A DNA stretch of 64,000 nucleotides from Candidatus Poribacteria bacterium (GCA_965116925.1 OZ220744.1:3040001-3104000), one strand, 5' to 3'; shown: positions 1 to 9,886, counted from the first letter of the stretch. A program made the numbers and translations. The notes: a model not told the origin generated them from the sequence alone.

Positions 1-1
1 T

Positions 2-1003
2 AATCGTTGGGCGGATGATGCTATGTATCAGTTGGCGTCGCGGCTTGGACGGACAGACGAGGAAGCCTTCGCCCTATTTCGACGGCTTATTAACACCTAC
101 CCTGACAGCGAGTGGACAGATGATTCACTGTATACTATCGCCATCGCTTACTATCGACTGGCGGAGAATATAAAACAGTCAGAGAGCGTTGAGAGCGCGG
201 ATGCCTACTACGATCGGGCATCGGCGATGTTTGATCAGCTGATCCGAGACTATCCGGGGAGTGCGCTCGCAGACGAATCCCGATTCAACAGAGCGATGTG
301 TCTCTACGGAAAAGGGACTTGGACAGCTGCGCTTGAGGCGTTCGATGCGTTGCGGGAAGACTTCATAGGCAGCGAACTCCTCCATAGTATTGTGTATTAC
401 ACAGGGATGATTTTTACCGAGAGACAAGCCTACGACGAAGCACGAGTCGAATTTCAGAACGTCGTCGATTCGGGACACGAGGAACTGGCTCCGCTCGCGC
501 AGTTTGGCATCGGTCAAACCTATTTTGCTGAAGCAAAATATGATGAGGCAATTGAGAGTTATCAACGGGTGATTGACCAATACCCGGAGGCCAAAATGGC
601 GCAGGATGCACACTTTAATATCGGTTGGGCGTATGAAAAACTGAAAAAGTATGACGAAGCAATTATCCAACTGGAGAGCGCGATAGAGAAATATCCTCGC
701 AATGAGAACACCTCCAATATGCAGTTCTATGTTGGACAGATTTACTATGCAAAGGACGATACTGACGGAGCAATTAATGCGTATCGCAAAGTATCCGATA
801 ATCCGACCTATGATTACGATACGCGGCGGCAGGCGCAATATTGGATCGGCTTTATCTATGAAAAAGCGGACAGGATAGACGAGGCAATAGGGGAATATCA
901 GAAACTACTCAAAGACTTTCCAGAACCTCACCGCACCCTCCGCCATCCATCAAACAATATCAACGAAAACTATATTCAGAAACTGCGGACCGGAGAGCTA
1001 TAA
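2..1003 (+). CDS. Tetratricopeptide-repeat protein (BamD/CpoB-like TPRs), truncated at the window edge
   Basis: Repeated 'A.F.IG..Y....Y.EA...YQ.VI..YP' TPR units; the frame is open from position 2, so the true start lies upstream. Confidence 0.85.
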   Translation, partial: NRWADDAMYQLASRLGRTDEEAFALFRRLINTYPDSEWTDDSLYTIAIAYYRLAENIKQSESVESADAYYDRASAMFDQLIRDYPGSALADESRFNRAMCLYGKGTWTAALEAFDALREDFIGSELLHSIVYYTGMIFTERQAYDEARVEFQNVVDSGHEELAPLAQFGIGQTYFAEAKYDEAIESYQRVIDQYPEAKMAQDAHFNIGWAYEKLKKYDEAIIQLESAIEKYPRNENTSNMQFYVGQIYYAKDDTDGAINAYRKVSDNPTYDYDTRRQAQYWIGFIYEKADRIDEAIGEYQKLLKDFPEPHRTLRHPSNNINENYIQKLRTGEL

Positions 1004-1060
1004 AACGATTTCTGAATTGACAAAATTTGAGATTATAGGCAAGCAAATATTGCAGCTACC

Positions 1061-1804
1061 TTACCGGCGATGTACATCGAGATAAACAAACACCCGCTCG
1101 ATCTGTTCGATACGTCTCTGCAAAGCTGCCGCGCGTTCAAAGCGTAGAGCGATTGCCTCTTGATTTCGCTCTATAGTCAGTTTCTTAATGACTGCTTTAT
1201 ACTTCCCTTCCAGTATCCGAATCACATCTCTGATCATCGCACGATAGACTTTGCGACTCACTTTCGCTGCACAAGGGGCTTGACACCGTTTTAAGTGGTA
1301 GCTGAAGCAGGGCTTAAAATCTGGCTGTGGCGTGATTGTTCCGTCGCAGGTCCGAATCGGGAAAATTCGATGTAAGACCTCAATAACCTCCCTTGTCCAT
1401 CTCAGGCTTGAATACGGACCAAAATATCGTGCTTTGTCAGCTTCTTCCTTGAATACGATTGTTACCTTCGGAAAATCTTCGTTGGTAGAGATCTTAATGA
1501 ACGGAGATCTACGGACAGATTTCAGACTAGTATTGTACGGCGGTTGATGGTGTTTGATTAGGCGGGATTCCAGCAATAGTGCCTCTAACTCCGACGCACA
1601 GACTTGGTACTCAACTTGTGTGGCGTGTTGCACTAACCTTTTGATTTTGCCCCAACGATTTTGCTTGGAATTATATAGGTATGATCGAACCCGTTTGTTG
1701 AGAGATTTTGCTTTGCCGATATAGAGAATCTCTCCAGATCTGCTGAGAAAAAAGTAGACACCCGGCAGTGACGGGAGATTGACAACCATTTCCTTGGTGA
1801 GCAT
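1061..1804 (-). CDS. GIY-YIG endonuclease with UVR domain (UvrC N-terminal half, Cho-like)
   Basis: LPSLPGVYFF...ILYIGKAKSL..RV.SY, EALLLE..LIK...P.YN, Cys cluster C..C..C...C, C-terminal UVR 'LRFERAA..R..I'; no RNase H or HhH half. Confidence 0.85.
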   Translation of the reverse strand: MLTKEMVVNLPSLPGVYFFLSRSGEILYIGKAKSLNKRVRSYLYNSKQNRWGKIKRLVQHATQVEYQVCASELEALLLESRLIKHHQPPYNTSLKSVRRSPFIKISTNEDFPKVTIVFKEEADKARYFGPYSSLRWTREVIEVLHRIFPIRTCDGTITPQPDFKPCFSYHLKRCQAPCAAKVSRKVYRAMIRDVIRILEGKYKAVIKKLTIERNQEAIALRFERAAALQRRIEQIERVFVYLDVHRR

Positions 1805-1937
1805 ATTAATATCAGACGTGAATGGAAGAGTGGAAAGAAAGGAAGGTTGGTAGAGGTTGTTTGAGTTCCCAACCCTCTTTCCTCTGTTTTTTTAGTTCTT
1901 AGCGCAGATTGTGGCAATTGAAAAGAGAATTGTGGAT

Positions 1938-2663
1938 CTAATTTGCGAATGGGAATGTCCCATCATATCCACGTGGGCGTGAGACATGCCATATCCCGTC
2001 ATACATTGGGGTTACCTGATAATGGCAGACTACGTTGCTCCGCTCCATATCATCTCTCTCTTTCGCGCCTTGGTGCGGAATATGGTTGATAAACACCACG
2101 CAATCGCCAGCTTTTGGATAGAGGATAACGTGTTCTTGCGCCTCGCACCACGCCTCAAACTTGGGACGGTCCAAGGGATATAGATGGGGCGGTTCGACAA
2201 GATGGCCGCCCTTAACATACTTCAAGTGTCCTAAACCGGGGGCGTTGTCCTGAAAATAGTAGGTTGCGTTGACACTAATGGGGGACACCGCGAAGCGATA
2301 CTTGTCCGCCTCTCGCTTCTCCTGCCAGTAGCCGTAGAAATCGAGGTGCCACTCTTGAAGGTATGGCCCCGGGTTAATGTGTGCACGCAGACTTCGTAGT
2401 TGGCACTGCTTTCCCATCATGCCTTCGAGGTAAGGACGGATACTTGAATGCCCTACCAATGGGGCATACGTTTCTGGCTCCCGGTCTAGCAAAGTGTCAA
2501 ACCACATATTACCCACCGCGTTAAGCCCTTCCTCCCAGCCCATCTCGCGGGCATAGTTGATACGCTGCCGAATATGTTGCGTCTCTTCCGGGGATAGTGC
2601 CCCTTCTATCAGTATAAAGCCATCCCGCTCTAATCTATCTAGTTGGTTTTCCATATTTTGCAT
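1938..2663 (-). CDS. Phytanoyl-CoA dioxygenase (PhyH) family Fe(II)/2OG oxygenase
   Basis: 'LERDGFILIEGALS' N-terminus, WHLD (HxD), 'KAGDCVVF...IPH'; start codon uncertain (2663 or 2672). Confidence 0.8.
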   Translation of the reverse strand: MQNMENQLDRLERDGFILIEGALSPEETQHIRQRINYAREMGWEEGLNAVGNMWFDTLLDREPETYAPLVGHSSIRPYLEGMMGKQCQLRSLRAHINPGPYLQEWHLDFYGYWQEKREADKYRFAVSPISVNATYYFQDNAPGLGHLKYVKGGHLVEPPHLYPLDRPKFEAWCEAQEHVILYPKAGDCVVFINHIPHQGAKERDDMERSNVVCHYQVTPMYDGIWHVSRPRGYDGTFPFAN

Positions 2664-2948
2664 AGCCCGCAAAGATCTCCTTCCCAGTCAGTGTCATTTT
2701 CGAGGCAATCAATACATCCGTTTTTAGTTTACTACATCTTGCGAGAATCGTCGATCCACAATTTGAAAATAAATCATGCCTAAATGAGGGCAAAGATCTC
2801 TTGCTCTGATACAAAACCGGCTCCATTGCGGTGATATCGATCCCCTTTGCGAATCGCTTGCGTATCCATCTACGAGTGTGGTAGAATATTCCCCAGAAAT
2901 TCAGCTACAATAAGACCTGCACAATCTAATTTTCAAGAGGATTATAAG

Positions 2949-3959
2949 ATGGATAGGAGCTACCGTGTCGCCATCGTTGGGGCAACAGGAGCGGTTGGCA
3001 CGACTATGCGGCAGATTCTGGAAGAACGCGCATTCTCCGTCACTTCGCTGAAGTTGCTCGCTTCCCATCGTTCTGCCGGTGAGATTTTAACATTCAAAGA
3101 TCAACCCATCGTCGTCGAGGAACTAACGCATGATTCATTCGATGATGTCGATTTGGTGTTTTCATCAGCGGGGGCATCCATCAGTCGTGAGTTTATACCG
3201 ACTGCGGTGGAAAAGGGGTGTCTTGTTATTGACAACACCAGTGCGTTTCGAATGGACGCAGATACGCCGTTAGTAATTCCCGAAGTAAATATGCAAGCAG
3301 CAATGCGGCATCAAGGCTTAATCGCCAACCCGAATTGTTCAACTATTCAGATGCTTGTGGCACTCAAGCCACTCTACGACGAAGCAGGGCTTAAACGTAT
3401 CGTCGTTTCGACCTATCAGAGTGTTTCGGGAAAAAGTGGCTCTGCTGTCCTCGAACTGATTGATCAGACAACGGCTGCGTTGGAAGGGCGTCCAATCACA
3501 TGTGATCAGTTTCCACATCAGATGGCGTTTAACGTCGCCTTCGATTGGCCCTTCGCCGATAACGGTTACAGCGAAGAAGAGATGAAGATGGTTAAGGAGA
3601 CACAAAAAATCCTTGAAGACGATACCATTGGGGTCTCAGCGACAACCGTCCGTGTGCCGGTGTTCTTTGCCCATTCCGAATCAATTAACATTCAAACAGA
3701 CAGCAAGCTCACCGCTGATGAGGCGCGGCGGATTCTTTCTCTAGCCCGCGGTGTGACTGTTATCGATGACCCGAAAAGCCGAGATTATCCGCTGGCTATC
3801 AACGCTGCCGGACAAGATGATGTATACGTCGGACGTATCCGTGAGGACGACTCGATCGAAAACGGATTAAACCTGTGGGTCGTCGCAGACAACCTCCGCA
3901 AGGGGGCCGCATTAAACGCTATTCAGATTGCGGAGATCTTGGATCAGATTAATGTGTGA
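2949..3959 (+). CDS. asd: Aspartate-semialdehyde dehydrogenase
   Basis: VAIVGATGAVG, IANPNCSTIQ, STYQSVSG, VRVPVF.AHSE, DNLRKGAALNA; ATG 2949 follows an AGAGGA RBS. Confidence 0.97.
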   Translation: MDRSYRVAIVGATGAVGTTMRQILEERAFSVTSLKLLASHRSAGEILTFKDQPIVVEELTHDSFDDVDLVFSSAGASISREFIPTAVEKGCLVIDNTSAFRMDADTPLVIPEVNMQAAMRHQGLIANPNCSTIQMLVALKPLYDEAGLKRIVVSTYQSVSGKSGSAVLELIDQTTAALEGRPITCDQFPHQMAFNVAFDWPFADNGYSEEEMKMVKETQKILEDDTIGVSATTVRVPVFFAHSESINIQTDSKLTADEARRILSLARGVTVIDDPKSRDYPLAINAAGQDDVYVGRIREDDSIENGLNLWVVADNLRKGAALNAIQIAEILDQINV

Positions 3960-4195
3960 TAATTACAAGGAGTCAAACCGAACAGATGCCCTCCACACTT
4001 GAGAACGAGTTGGGTGAAATCTATGAGCGGGAAGTCGAAAAACTAATCGAATCTGAGAGCAAATATCACTCGGTCCTCGGAGCAGCTGAAGTTTCCGCTG
4101 TTGTCCAAGCATTTCGCTTTGCGCTTGAACACGGCACCGATAAGGTAACTGTTCAGATGCTCTACGATATGATCGATGACCGTTCCGGAGATTAA
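3956..4195 (+). CDS. Small acidic helical hypothetical protein, between asd and the SMC-like gene
   Basis: GTG overlaps the asd stop (alternative ATG 3986 after AGGAG); ends 3 bp before the next ATG. Confidence 0.6.
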   Translation: MIITRSQTEQMPSTLENELGEIYEREVEKLIESESKYHSVLGAAEVSAVVQAFRFALEHGTDKVTVQMLYDMIDDRSGD

Positions 4196-4198
4196 CGT

Positions 4199-6100
4199 AT
4201 GCGACTCGAACGTATCCTCCTCAAATCTTTCGGTTGTTTTGACCGGAGGGATTTCGATCTGAGCGACGGGGTGAATCTCATCTTCGGTCCCAATTTCAGT
4301 GGCAAGAGCACGCTTGTTAATGCCATTTTTTTCGCACTGACGGGCAAGCCGATTGTTCCTAAGGTGGGTTTACCTGCGATGGCACAATCGGGTGCGTCCA
4401 GCGGCACCGCCGGGCTCAGTTTTCGCAATGGAGAGCACAGCTATCAACTGTTCCGATCAACGCAGGGGGAAGTCCAACTCCGTCAGAAAGAGGAAAAGAC
4501 TGAGAAATGGCGTATCCTCTTCACAGGCAAGCGTTCGGCGGACGAAGATCTGCGAAAACAATTTCACTTCAGCTATCACCACCTTGCGGCGGCGACATTC
4601 CTACGAGAAGGCGAAATTTTTGAGTTTCTTGCACGACAACCTGCGGATCGGCGCGATGTGCTGAACGCATTGCTCGGCATCGATCGATTGATGGAGGTGC
4701 GTCAACGTTTCATCGAAGGACGGCGGGTTGCCAAGCGAGAGGAGAAGCGGATACAGGACCATCAGCGCAGCATGAGGGTGACGACGGTCAAGAACCATCG
4801 TGAAGAGATTGAGCGGGTTGAGACAGAATTGAAGAACTTGGAAGGCGAGTATGAGTTGCTGTCGGGAAAAGTGGGTGAAAGTGGCGACACGGTCCTTGTC
4901 GCCGAATTGACGCAGACGCACGAACGGTTTCAAAAGGAGATTGACGGGCTGATCCAAGAGCGAGCATCGGTGCTCAGCGGCTTTACCGACCTTGATCACC
5001 TGCGAGCCTCGATTAAGGAAATTGAGGCGGCGACCGCTAGTGCAAGTGGGTTAGAAAAGCAGCGAGATGAGCTTATCCAAGGGCTTGGCAGCCTGAACAG
5101 CCAGATCCAAACCCTTACGGCAGAATGTGAAACCTTGCGTCAATTAATCGACAGCGATCACGGACACTGCCCAACCTGCCATCAGCCGGTACAACAAAAA
5201 ATCATTGCGGGGATCCTTGCGAAGAAAGAATCGGCGAGAGCTGCCAGCCAAAAGGAACTTGAAGCGCAACAGAAAACCCTCGACGAACAGACCGCCAACA
5301 TCAATGCCCTGCGTGGACTGAGGCAGCGACATCAACTGATGCAAGGCAAGGTCGAACAGCTTGGGCGGATCGAAAAACAACTTGCGAATCTTCAGCGTGA
5401 ATTCGATGGGGTTGCCAGTCGGTTGGGTACGTTGCAGCCGACAACATCTCCGCAAGTGGGTGCCCTATCTGAAGATGCCCCCGACCCCGCACAGATCGCC
5501 GATCAACAACGCCAGCTCAAACACCGCATTGACAGCTTGCGCCGACGACTTGTCGGACTCAATAAGGAAGAAGCGGTTATCGCCCATAAACTTGAAGAGC
5601 TGCAGCGGAGCCAACACCAAGCGGATCAGATTCTACGCACGCGCCTGAGTTTTGAACTCGCCTGCGATGGCGTTGAAAAAACAATCGCCTCCCTCCAACG
5701 AACAATCCTCCAACCCGCCGAAAAGGAAATTCAACGTTGGTTAGAACGAATGGACCTCACTCGGTTTTCTCAGATCGATCTCAAAAGCCAACACCTACTC
5801 CCCTCCCTCAATGTCGAAGGCTCCGAGCGCAACCTGCTGCTCCTCAGCGGTAGCGAGAAGATGATGCTCTACCTCTGCTTCAAAGCCGCGCTATCGGAAG
5901 CGTTGGGGGCACTCGGTTTCTTTGTCTTCGATGACCCAACCCTCCACCTCGATCCAGACCGACGAGGCGCGATGATTGACTTCATCCAACGGCTTGCCGA
6001 AGAACACCAAGTCATTGTGACGAGCAACGATCCGGAGGTTCGGGCAGGCTTGCCGGACGCGCATCTGATTGAGACGATGTCGCACACTTCTCACGTATAG
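4199..6100 (+). CDS. SbcC/Rad50-like SMC-family ATPase
   Basis: Walker A GPNFSGKS, coiled coils with central CPTC zinc hook, signature LSGSE, Walker B FVFDDP. Confidence 0.88.
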   Translation: MRLERILLKSFGCFDRRDFDLSDGVNLIFGPNFSGKSTLVNAIFFALTGKPIVPKVGLPAMAQSGASSGTAGLSFRNGEHSYQLFRSTQGEVQLRQKEEKTEKWRILFTGKRSADEDLRKQFHFSYHHLAAATFLREGEIFEFLARQPADRRDVLNALLGIDRLMEVRQRFIEGRRVAKREEKRIQDHQRSMRVTTVKNHREEIERVETELKNLEGEYELLSGKVGESGDTVLVAELTQTHERFQKEIDGLIQERASVLSGFTDLDHLRASIKEIEAATASASGLEKQRDELIQGLGSLNSQIQTLTAECETLRQLIDSDHGHCPTCHQPVQQKIIAGILAKKESARAASQKELEAQQKTLDEQTANINALRGLRQRHQLMQGKVEQLGRIEKQLANLQREFDGVASRLGTLQPTTSPQVGALSEDAPDPAQIADQQRQLKHRIDSLRRRLVGLNKEEAVIAHKLEELQRSQHQADQILRTRLSFELACDGVEKTIASLQRTILQPAEKEIQRWLERMDLTRFSQIDLKSQHLLPSLNVEGSERNLLLLSGSEKMMLYLCFKAALSEALGALGFFVFDDPTLHLDPDRRGAMIDFIQRLAEEHQVIVTSNDPEVRAGLPDAHLIETMSHTSHV

Positions 6101-6141
6101 TTGAATCATCCGACGTTTCCACTCATTGATTTTTATCTTGT

Positions 6142-6232
6142 GACTCATGTAAAAAGAAAGTGCAAAGCACGAAGAGAAACCGAGTTTTTTCTTCAAAACT
6201 CGGTTTCTTTGCGCTAAATCTTAACATGAGCG
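6142..6232 (-). mobile_element. MITE family B (ISL3-like ends), 8-bp TSD TATCTTGT
   Basis: Ends GACTCATG/CATGAGCG, central hairpin AAACCGAGTTTT..AAAACTCGGTTT, TSD at 6134-6141 and 6233-6240; related copies at 7952, 43115, 43638, 50535, 58409. Confidence 0.8.
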
Positions 6233-6254
6233 TATCTTGTATAGGGAATAAAAG

Positions 6255-6956
6255 ATGAAACATAAAAGAATGGTGCTAGCATTTTCCCTTTTGGCAGCTA
6301 TCGGTATCATCGTCTTTTTCGTATTCCGAGCGAACCAACCAACCTCTAAGGTTACGGTTAGGACCGTACCTCCTGAAAAATATACCGGCCCTCAGACGGT
6401 TGAAGCACTGATGGAGGCGTTTGATGAGAAATTCGACCGTCCATATCTTGACAGGAAGGTGGATGAGAAGTATCCCCGCGCCGAATGGCTTGCGATACTC
6501 CTTGAGAAAGGATTCATGTTTGGGGATTACTCCGATTATTCTGGTATGATGAGCTTGCGATGGATTTTGATCAGTTTTGAAGAGGATGGGGATTGGGTCA
6601 AAGGAACTAAAGGTATACCACCGACGGACGATTGGGAGACATTCAAGGACGCTTATATTGATAGGATGATTTGGGAAGAGCAGCAAATACAGGCCGCACG
6701 GCAGATTGACCCGGAAGTGTTCGGAGGGCTATTTACCGGTCCTGACGGTCGCACCTACCTCCCGGGACGTGCAAATCGCGTCTACGTTGAGAGAAAAGGG
6801 AGTGCGACTTTTTTTCATGGGCCACCACTTACCGAGCTACAGCATGGTATGATAACACTGTTAGGAATACACCCGAAGGGCTATGAGATTATCTATATTG
6901 ATAAAAATGGAACTATCCTCTCCAAGCGTCCACGACCCCTCCTACTCCCGAGGTAG
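6255..6956 (+). CDS. Hypothetical protein with N-terminal membrane anchor or signal peptide
   Basis: 233-aa ORF with basic then hydrophobic N-terminus; no recognised motif. Confidence 0.7.
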   Translation: MKHKRMVLAFSLLAAIGIIVFFVFRANQPTSKVTVRTVPPEKYTGPQTVEALMEAFDEKFDRPYLDRKVDEKYPRAEWLAILLEKGFMFGDYSDYSGMMSLRWILISFEEDGDWVKGTKGIPPTDDWETFKDAYIDRMIWEEQQIQAARQIDPEVFGGLFTGPDGRTYLPGRANRVYVERKGSATFFHGPPLTELQHGMITLLGIHPKGYEIIYIDKNGTILSKRPRPLLLPR

Positions 6957-7057
6957 TAACCCGTCCTCCCAACTACCGCCATTTCATTTTGAAGATGAGG
7001 TTTTTCTTTTGCGTGAGTGGGCCAAGGGACCATCTCATCTGTCCCTACTGCCATAGA

Positions 7058-7936
7058 TTAGGTTGGATCCTCCAATCCCAACTGCCCTGCAAGGTCATCA
7101 ACAAACTGACGGGCGACCCGTCCCGATCTGCCACTCGACGACGCTTCCCACTCCAACGCTCTCCGACGGAGTTCCTTCGTTGAGAGGGATAACCCACGCT
7201 GTTGGGCGTAGTGGGAGACAATCTGTAGGTAGGTGTGTTGAGAGAACCGATAGAAGGCGAGTCGCAGCCCAAATCGGTCGCTGAGCGAAACCTTCTCTTC
7301 GGTAGTTTCTCGCGGATACAACTCGTCTTCCTCGGTGTGGGGATATTGGTTTTCCCCGACTTGACGCGGCATCAAGTGACGACGGTTAGAAGTCGCGTAG
7401 ATTAAGACGTTCTCAGGACGGGCAGCAATGCCGCCCTCTAGCATCGCTTTCAACTCCCTATATTCCGCTTCCCCTTCGCTGAAGGAGAGATCGTCGCAAA
7501 AGAGGAGATACCGTTCCGGGCGTTCCCACAGGAGATCGGCAATCTCTTGCAGATGGAGCAATCCCTCCTTGTTCACCTCGACCAACCGCAACCCCTCCGA
7601 CGCATACCGATGGAGTATCCCCTTGATGAGCGACGATTTACCCGTCCCCCGATCGCCCCACAGCAGCGCATGGTTCGCCGGTAAGCCCTGCAAGAACTGG
7701 CGCGTATTCCGATCCAACTCCTCAATCTGCCGATCCACCCCGATTAGATCCGCAAGGTCCATGAGGTCCGGGTGTTTGACGGGAATTAAACGTTGACTCC
7801 GCCACCGAAAGGCGATGTGTCCATCAAGTGGTTCAGAAGGGTTTTCGACCGCAGCAGCGCTAGCTGTCAGCAGCCCTTCCACTTTGTCGAGCAGCTGTTC
7901 TACGCGAGGGATAATTGATTTCCAATCTTGTGCCAT
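7058..7936 (-). CDS. AAA+ ATPase, DUF815 family
   Basis: LLWGDRGTGKSS, LFCDDLSF, YATSNRRHL, EEKVSLSDRFGL, RSGRVARQF. Confidence 0.9.
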   Translation of the reverse strand: MAQDWKSIIPRVEQLLDKVEGLLTASAAAVENPSEPLDGHIAFRWRSQRLIPVKHPDLMDLADLIGVDRQIEELDRNTRQFLQGLPANHALLWGDRGTGKSSLIKGILHRYASEGLRLVEVNKEGLLHLQEIADLLWERPERYLLFCDDLSFSEGEAEYRELKAMLEGGIAARPENVLIYATSNRRHLMPRQVGENQYPHTEEDELYPRETTEEKVSLSDRFGLRLAFYRFSQHTYLQIVSHYAQQRGLSLSTKELRRRALEWEASSSGRSGRVARQFVDDLAGQLGLEDPT

Positions 7937-7951
7937 AAGTTTTTTATATTT

Positions 7952-8042
7952 CGCTCATGTTAAGATTTGGCGGAAAGAAACCGAGTTTTTTCTTGAAAAC
8001 TCGGTTTCTCTTCGTGCTTTACACTTTCTTTTTATATGAGCT
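7952..8042 (+). mobile_element. MITE family B, 8-bp TSD TTATATTT
   Basis: CGCTCATGTTAAGATT...TATATGAGCT flanked by TTATATTT on both sides. Confidence 0.8.
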
Positions 8043-8071
8043 TTATATTTTTAGCTCCTGCTTGGATGGAG

Positions 8072-8968
8072 TTATTCAGCGTCTTTCACGCTATCCGCCA
8101 AGATCGAAATCATCTCCGAAAGCTCAGGGAACGCATCCGAATCTTCAGGCGGGAGATCCGCAAGGTGTGTCTTCCCGACCAATCGGTACATATCCGCTAC
8201 ACCCGCTAGAATTTTCGGTGTCAAACCAACATGCCCAAACGTCGCCGAGATCTCCTCCATCTCACCGATCCAACGCCTGGACTTCGGCGGCATCCCCGGC
8301 AATCCGCCCTCCATCCGTTGATACAGTGCCGATTGGCTCATCTGAAATTCCGCTTTGAGGGCTTCCGACACCCCCAGAAGTTCTGCAGCAGTCAACAGTT
8401 CCGTGCACAGTGCGGTCAGTCCTTTGGTCAAGGAGGCGTAGCACATCTTAATCGCCGAAGCCAACCCAATCTGCTCGCCAAGGGGACGGACATCAAGCCC
8501 GAATTCCGTCAACACTTCAAAATCACCGAGATGGACACCTGAAGCATAGAAGCGGGTCGCCCCCGGCTTTCTGGGCGGAGGACCGATGATTGACGCATCG
8601 ACAAAACGACCACCGGCTTCGGTAATGATTGCAGCCAGTTGGCGTGTGGTTTGTGGGGCGATTGCGTTACAATCGACGTAGGTGAGATCCGTGTCTGTTT
8701 TGGCAAGTGTGTCCGCGACCGCTTGGGAGGCTCCCTTGGCTTCCGCCGGCACCATAATCGACAGGACCATCTCTGCCTCATTCACGAGATTTTCATACGT
8801 CGGCACATCTTCAATCTTCCCTTTTTCTGCGAGGGCTCGGGTGCGTTCACTTCTCCCCTGAAGGCAGGTAATCACGCGCAAACCGTGTGTAACAAGGACG
8901 TTACCGACAATATGTCCCATATCGCCGGGGCTTAGAAGTCCAACAGTTTGTAATGGCATAATATTCAT
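8072..8968 (-). CDS. NAD(P)-dependent oxidoreductase (6PGD-type NAD-binding plus DUF1932-like domain)
   Basis: GLLSPGDMG, YVDCNAIAP, FVDASIIGPPP, ASAIKMCYA..TKG, RWIGEMEEI. Confidence 0.85.
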   Translation of the reverse strand: MNIMPLQTVGLLSPGDMGHIVGNVLVTHGLRVITCLQGRSERTRALAEKGKIEDVPTYENLVNEAEMVLSIMVPAEAKGASQAVADTLAKTDTDLTYVDCNAIAPQTTRQLAAIITEAGGRFVDASIIGPPPRKPGATRFYASGVHLGDFEVLTEFGLDVRPLGEQIGLASAIKMCYASLTKGLTALCTELLTAAELLGVSEALKAEFQMSQSALYQRMEGGLPGMPPKSRRWIGEMEEISATFGHVGLTPKILAGVADMYRLVGKTHLADLPPEDSDAFPELSEMISILADSVKDAE

Positions 8969-9026
8969 CTCTCTTTCAATCTGCGTTTATTTTGATTGGC
9001 GTTTTCTGTGTAGTTATCGCGGCAAT

Positions 9027-9593
9027 TTATTCTAAAGGAGTGGAATTTCTGTCCTCCCATTCCGAGCGGAGGAGACCGTACAGGTACATATCATAGCGTT
9101 TCCCATCCCGCTGTAGATGTTCCCGATATACACCCTCACGCTGGAAACCCAGCTTTTCATACAGCGCGATGGCCCGTTCATTGTAGCTGAACACCGTGAG
9201 TTGGACGCGATGCAAATTGAGTTCATCAAAGGCAAACTGAAGCGCAAGTTGCATGACTTCGTATCCGTAGCCTTGCCCCCGATGTTTTGTCTCCCCAATG
9301 GCGATGCTTACGCCGCTTACCCGATGTGCCCATAGGATTCCGTCGAATTCAACATAGCCAATCAGTTCATCGCTGTCAAGGAAACGAACAGCAAAAAGAA
9401 AAGTATCAGTTGCTTTATCCGTATCATCTATCCACTGAGCCAAGACTGCCTCAGTTCTCGGATAAGCAGGGAGCGCGTCGAATAGTCGTAAAAATTCGGG
9501 ATTCTGATGCCACTGGATAACGGTTGGGAGATCGCTTTGCGTTAACGCTGTGAGTTGGACTCGGCTACCGCGCAAAAGCGTCGAAGGGGTCAT
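9027..9593 (-). CDS. GNAT N-acetyltransferase (RimJ/RimL/SpeG-like)
   Basis: HRGQGYG acetyl-CoA motif, ELNLHRVQL.V..YNERAI.LYEKLGF..EG. Confidence 0.9.
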   Translation of the reverse strand: MTPSTLLRGSRVQLTALTQSDLPTVIQWHQNPEFLRLFDALPAYPRTEAVLAQWIDDTDKATDTFLFAVRFLDSDELIGYVEFDGILWAHRVSGVSIAIGETKHRGQGYGYEVMQLALQFAFDELNLHRVQLTVFSYNERAIALYEKLGFQREGVYREHLQRDGKRYDMYLYGLLRSEWEDRNSTPLE

Positions 9594-9630
9594 GCCTAGG
9601 ATTCCTAACGGATGGATCGCGGCCCGCTGT

Positions 9631-9850
9631 TATAGTGAATTCAAAAAATAAAGAAACACTTGCGCCCCCCCGGTAGGTGCGGTTAATGAAGTTTAAGTAT
9701 TTAAATCGGTAATCCCTATTTTCCTCGAAACATACGGTAGGCGCGGTTTTCCCCCGCGCCGGCGTCGCTAGCAAATTACCGAACTGTTTTTTTAATTTTC
9801 ATTCAACCGCACCGGTTTGGCGTGTCCTATTAATTCTAAAATCTACTATA
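9631..9850 (+). mobile_element. MITE family A (TATAGTGAATT...AATCTACTATA) with a nested 117-bp element at 9686-9802
   Basis: Inverted ends that begin and end with TA; near-identical composite copy at 49775-49995; copies without the insert at 34355, 50213, 63475. Confidence 0.8.
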
Positions 9851-9886
9851 ATTGCATTTTTTAGACAGTTTGTTGACGGGCGAGTG

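Noticed and set aside
4199..6100. SMC-based defence system (Wadjet or Lamassu)
   Set aside because: No jetABD-like genes or nuclease/protease effector adjacent; the context is housekeeping
7957..8358. Recurrent small ORFs beginning MLRF..KKPSFF.KTRF (also 43120) and N-terminal extensions at 58482 and 45352
   Set aside because: Translations of family-B MITE or leader DNA; better starts exist downstream for the two extended genes
9851..9886. zapA or 6S RNA expected downstream of the ZapB-like gene
   Set aside because: Only 36 bp precede a MITE; nothing recognisable
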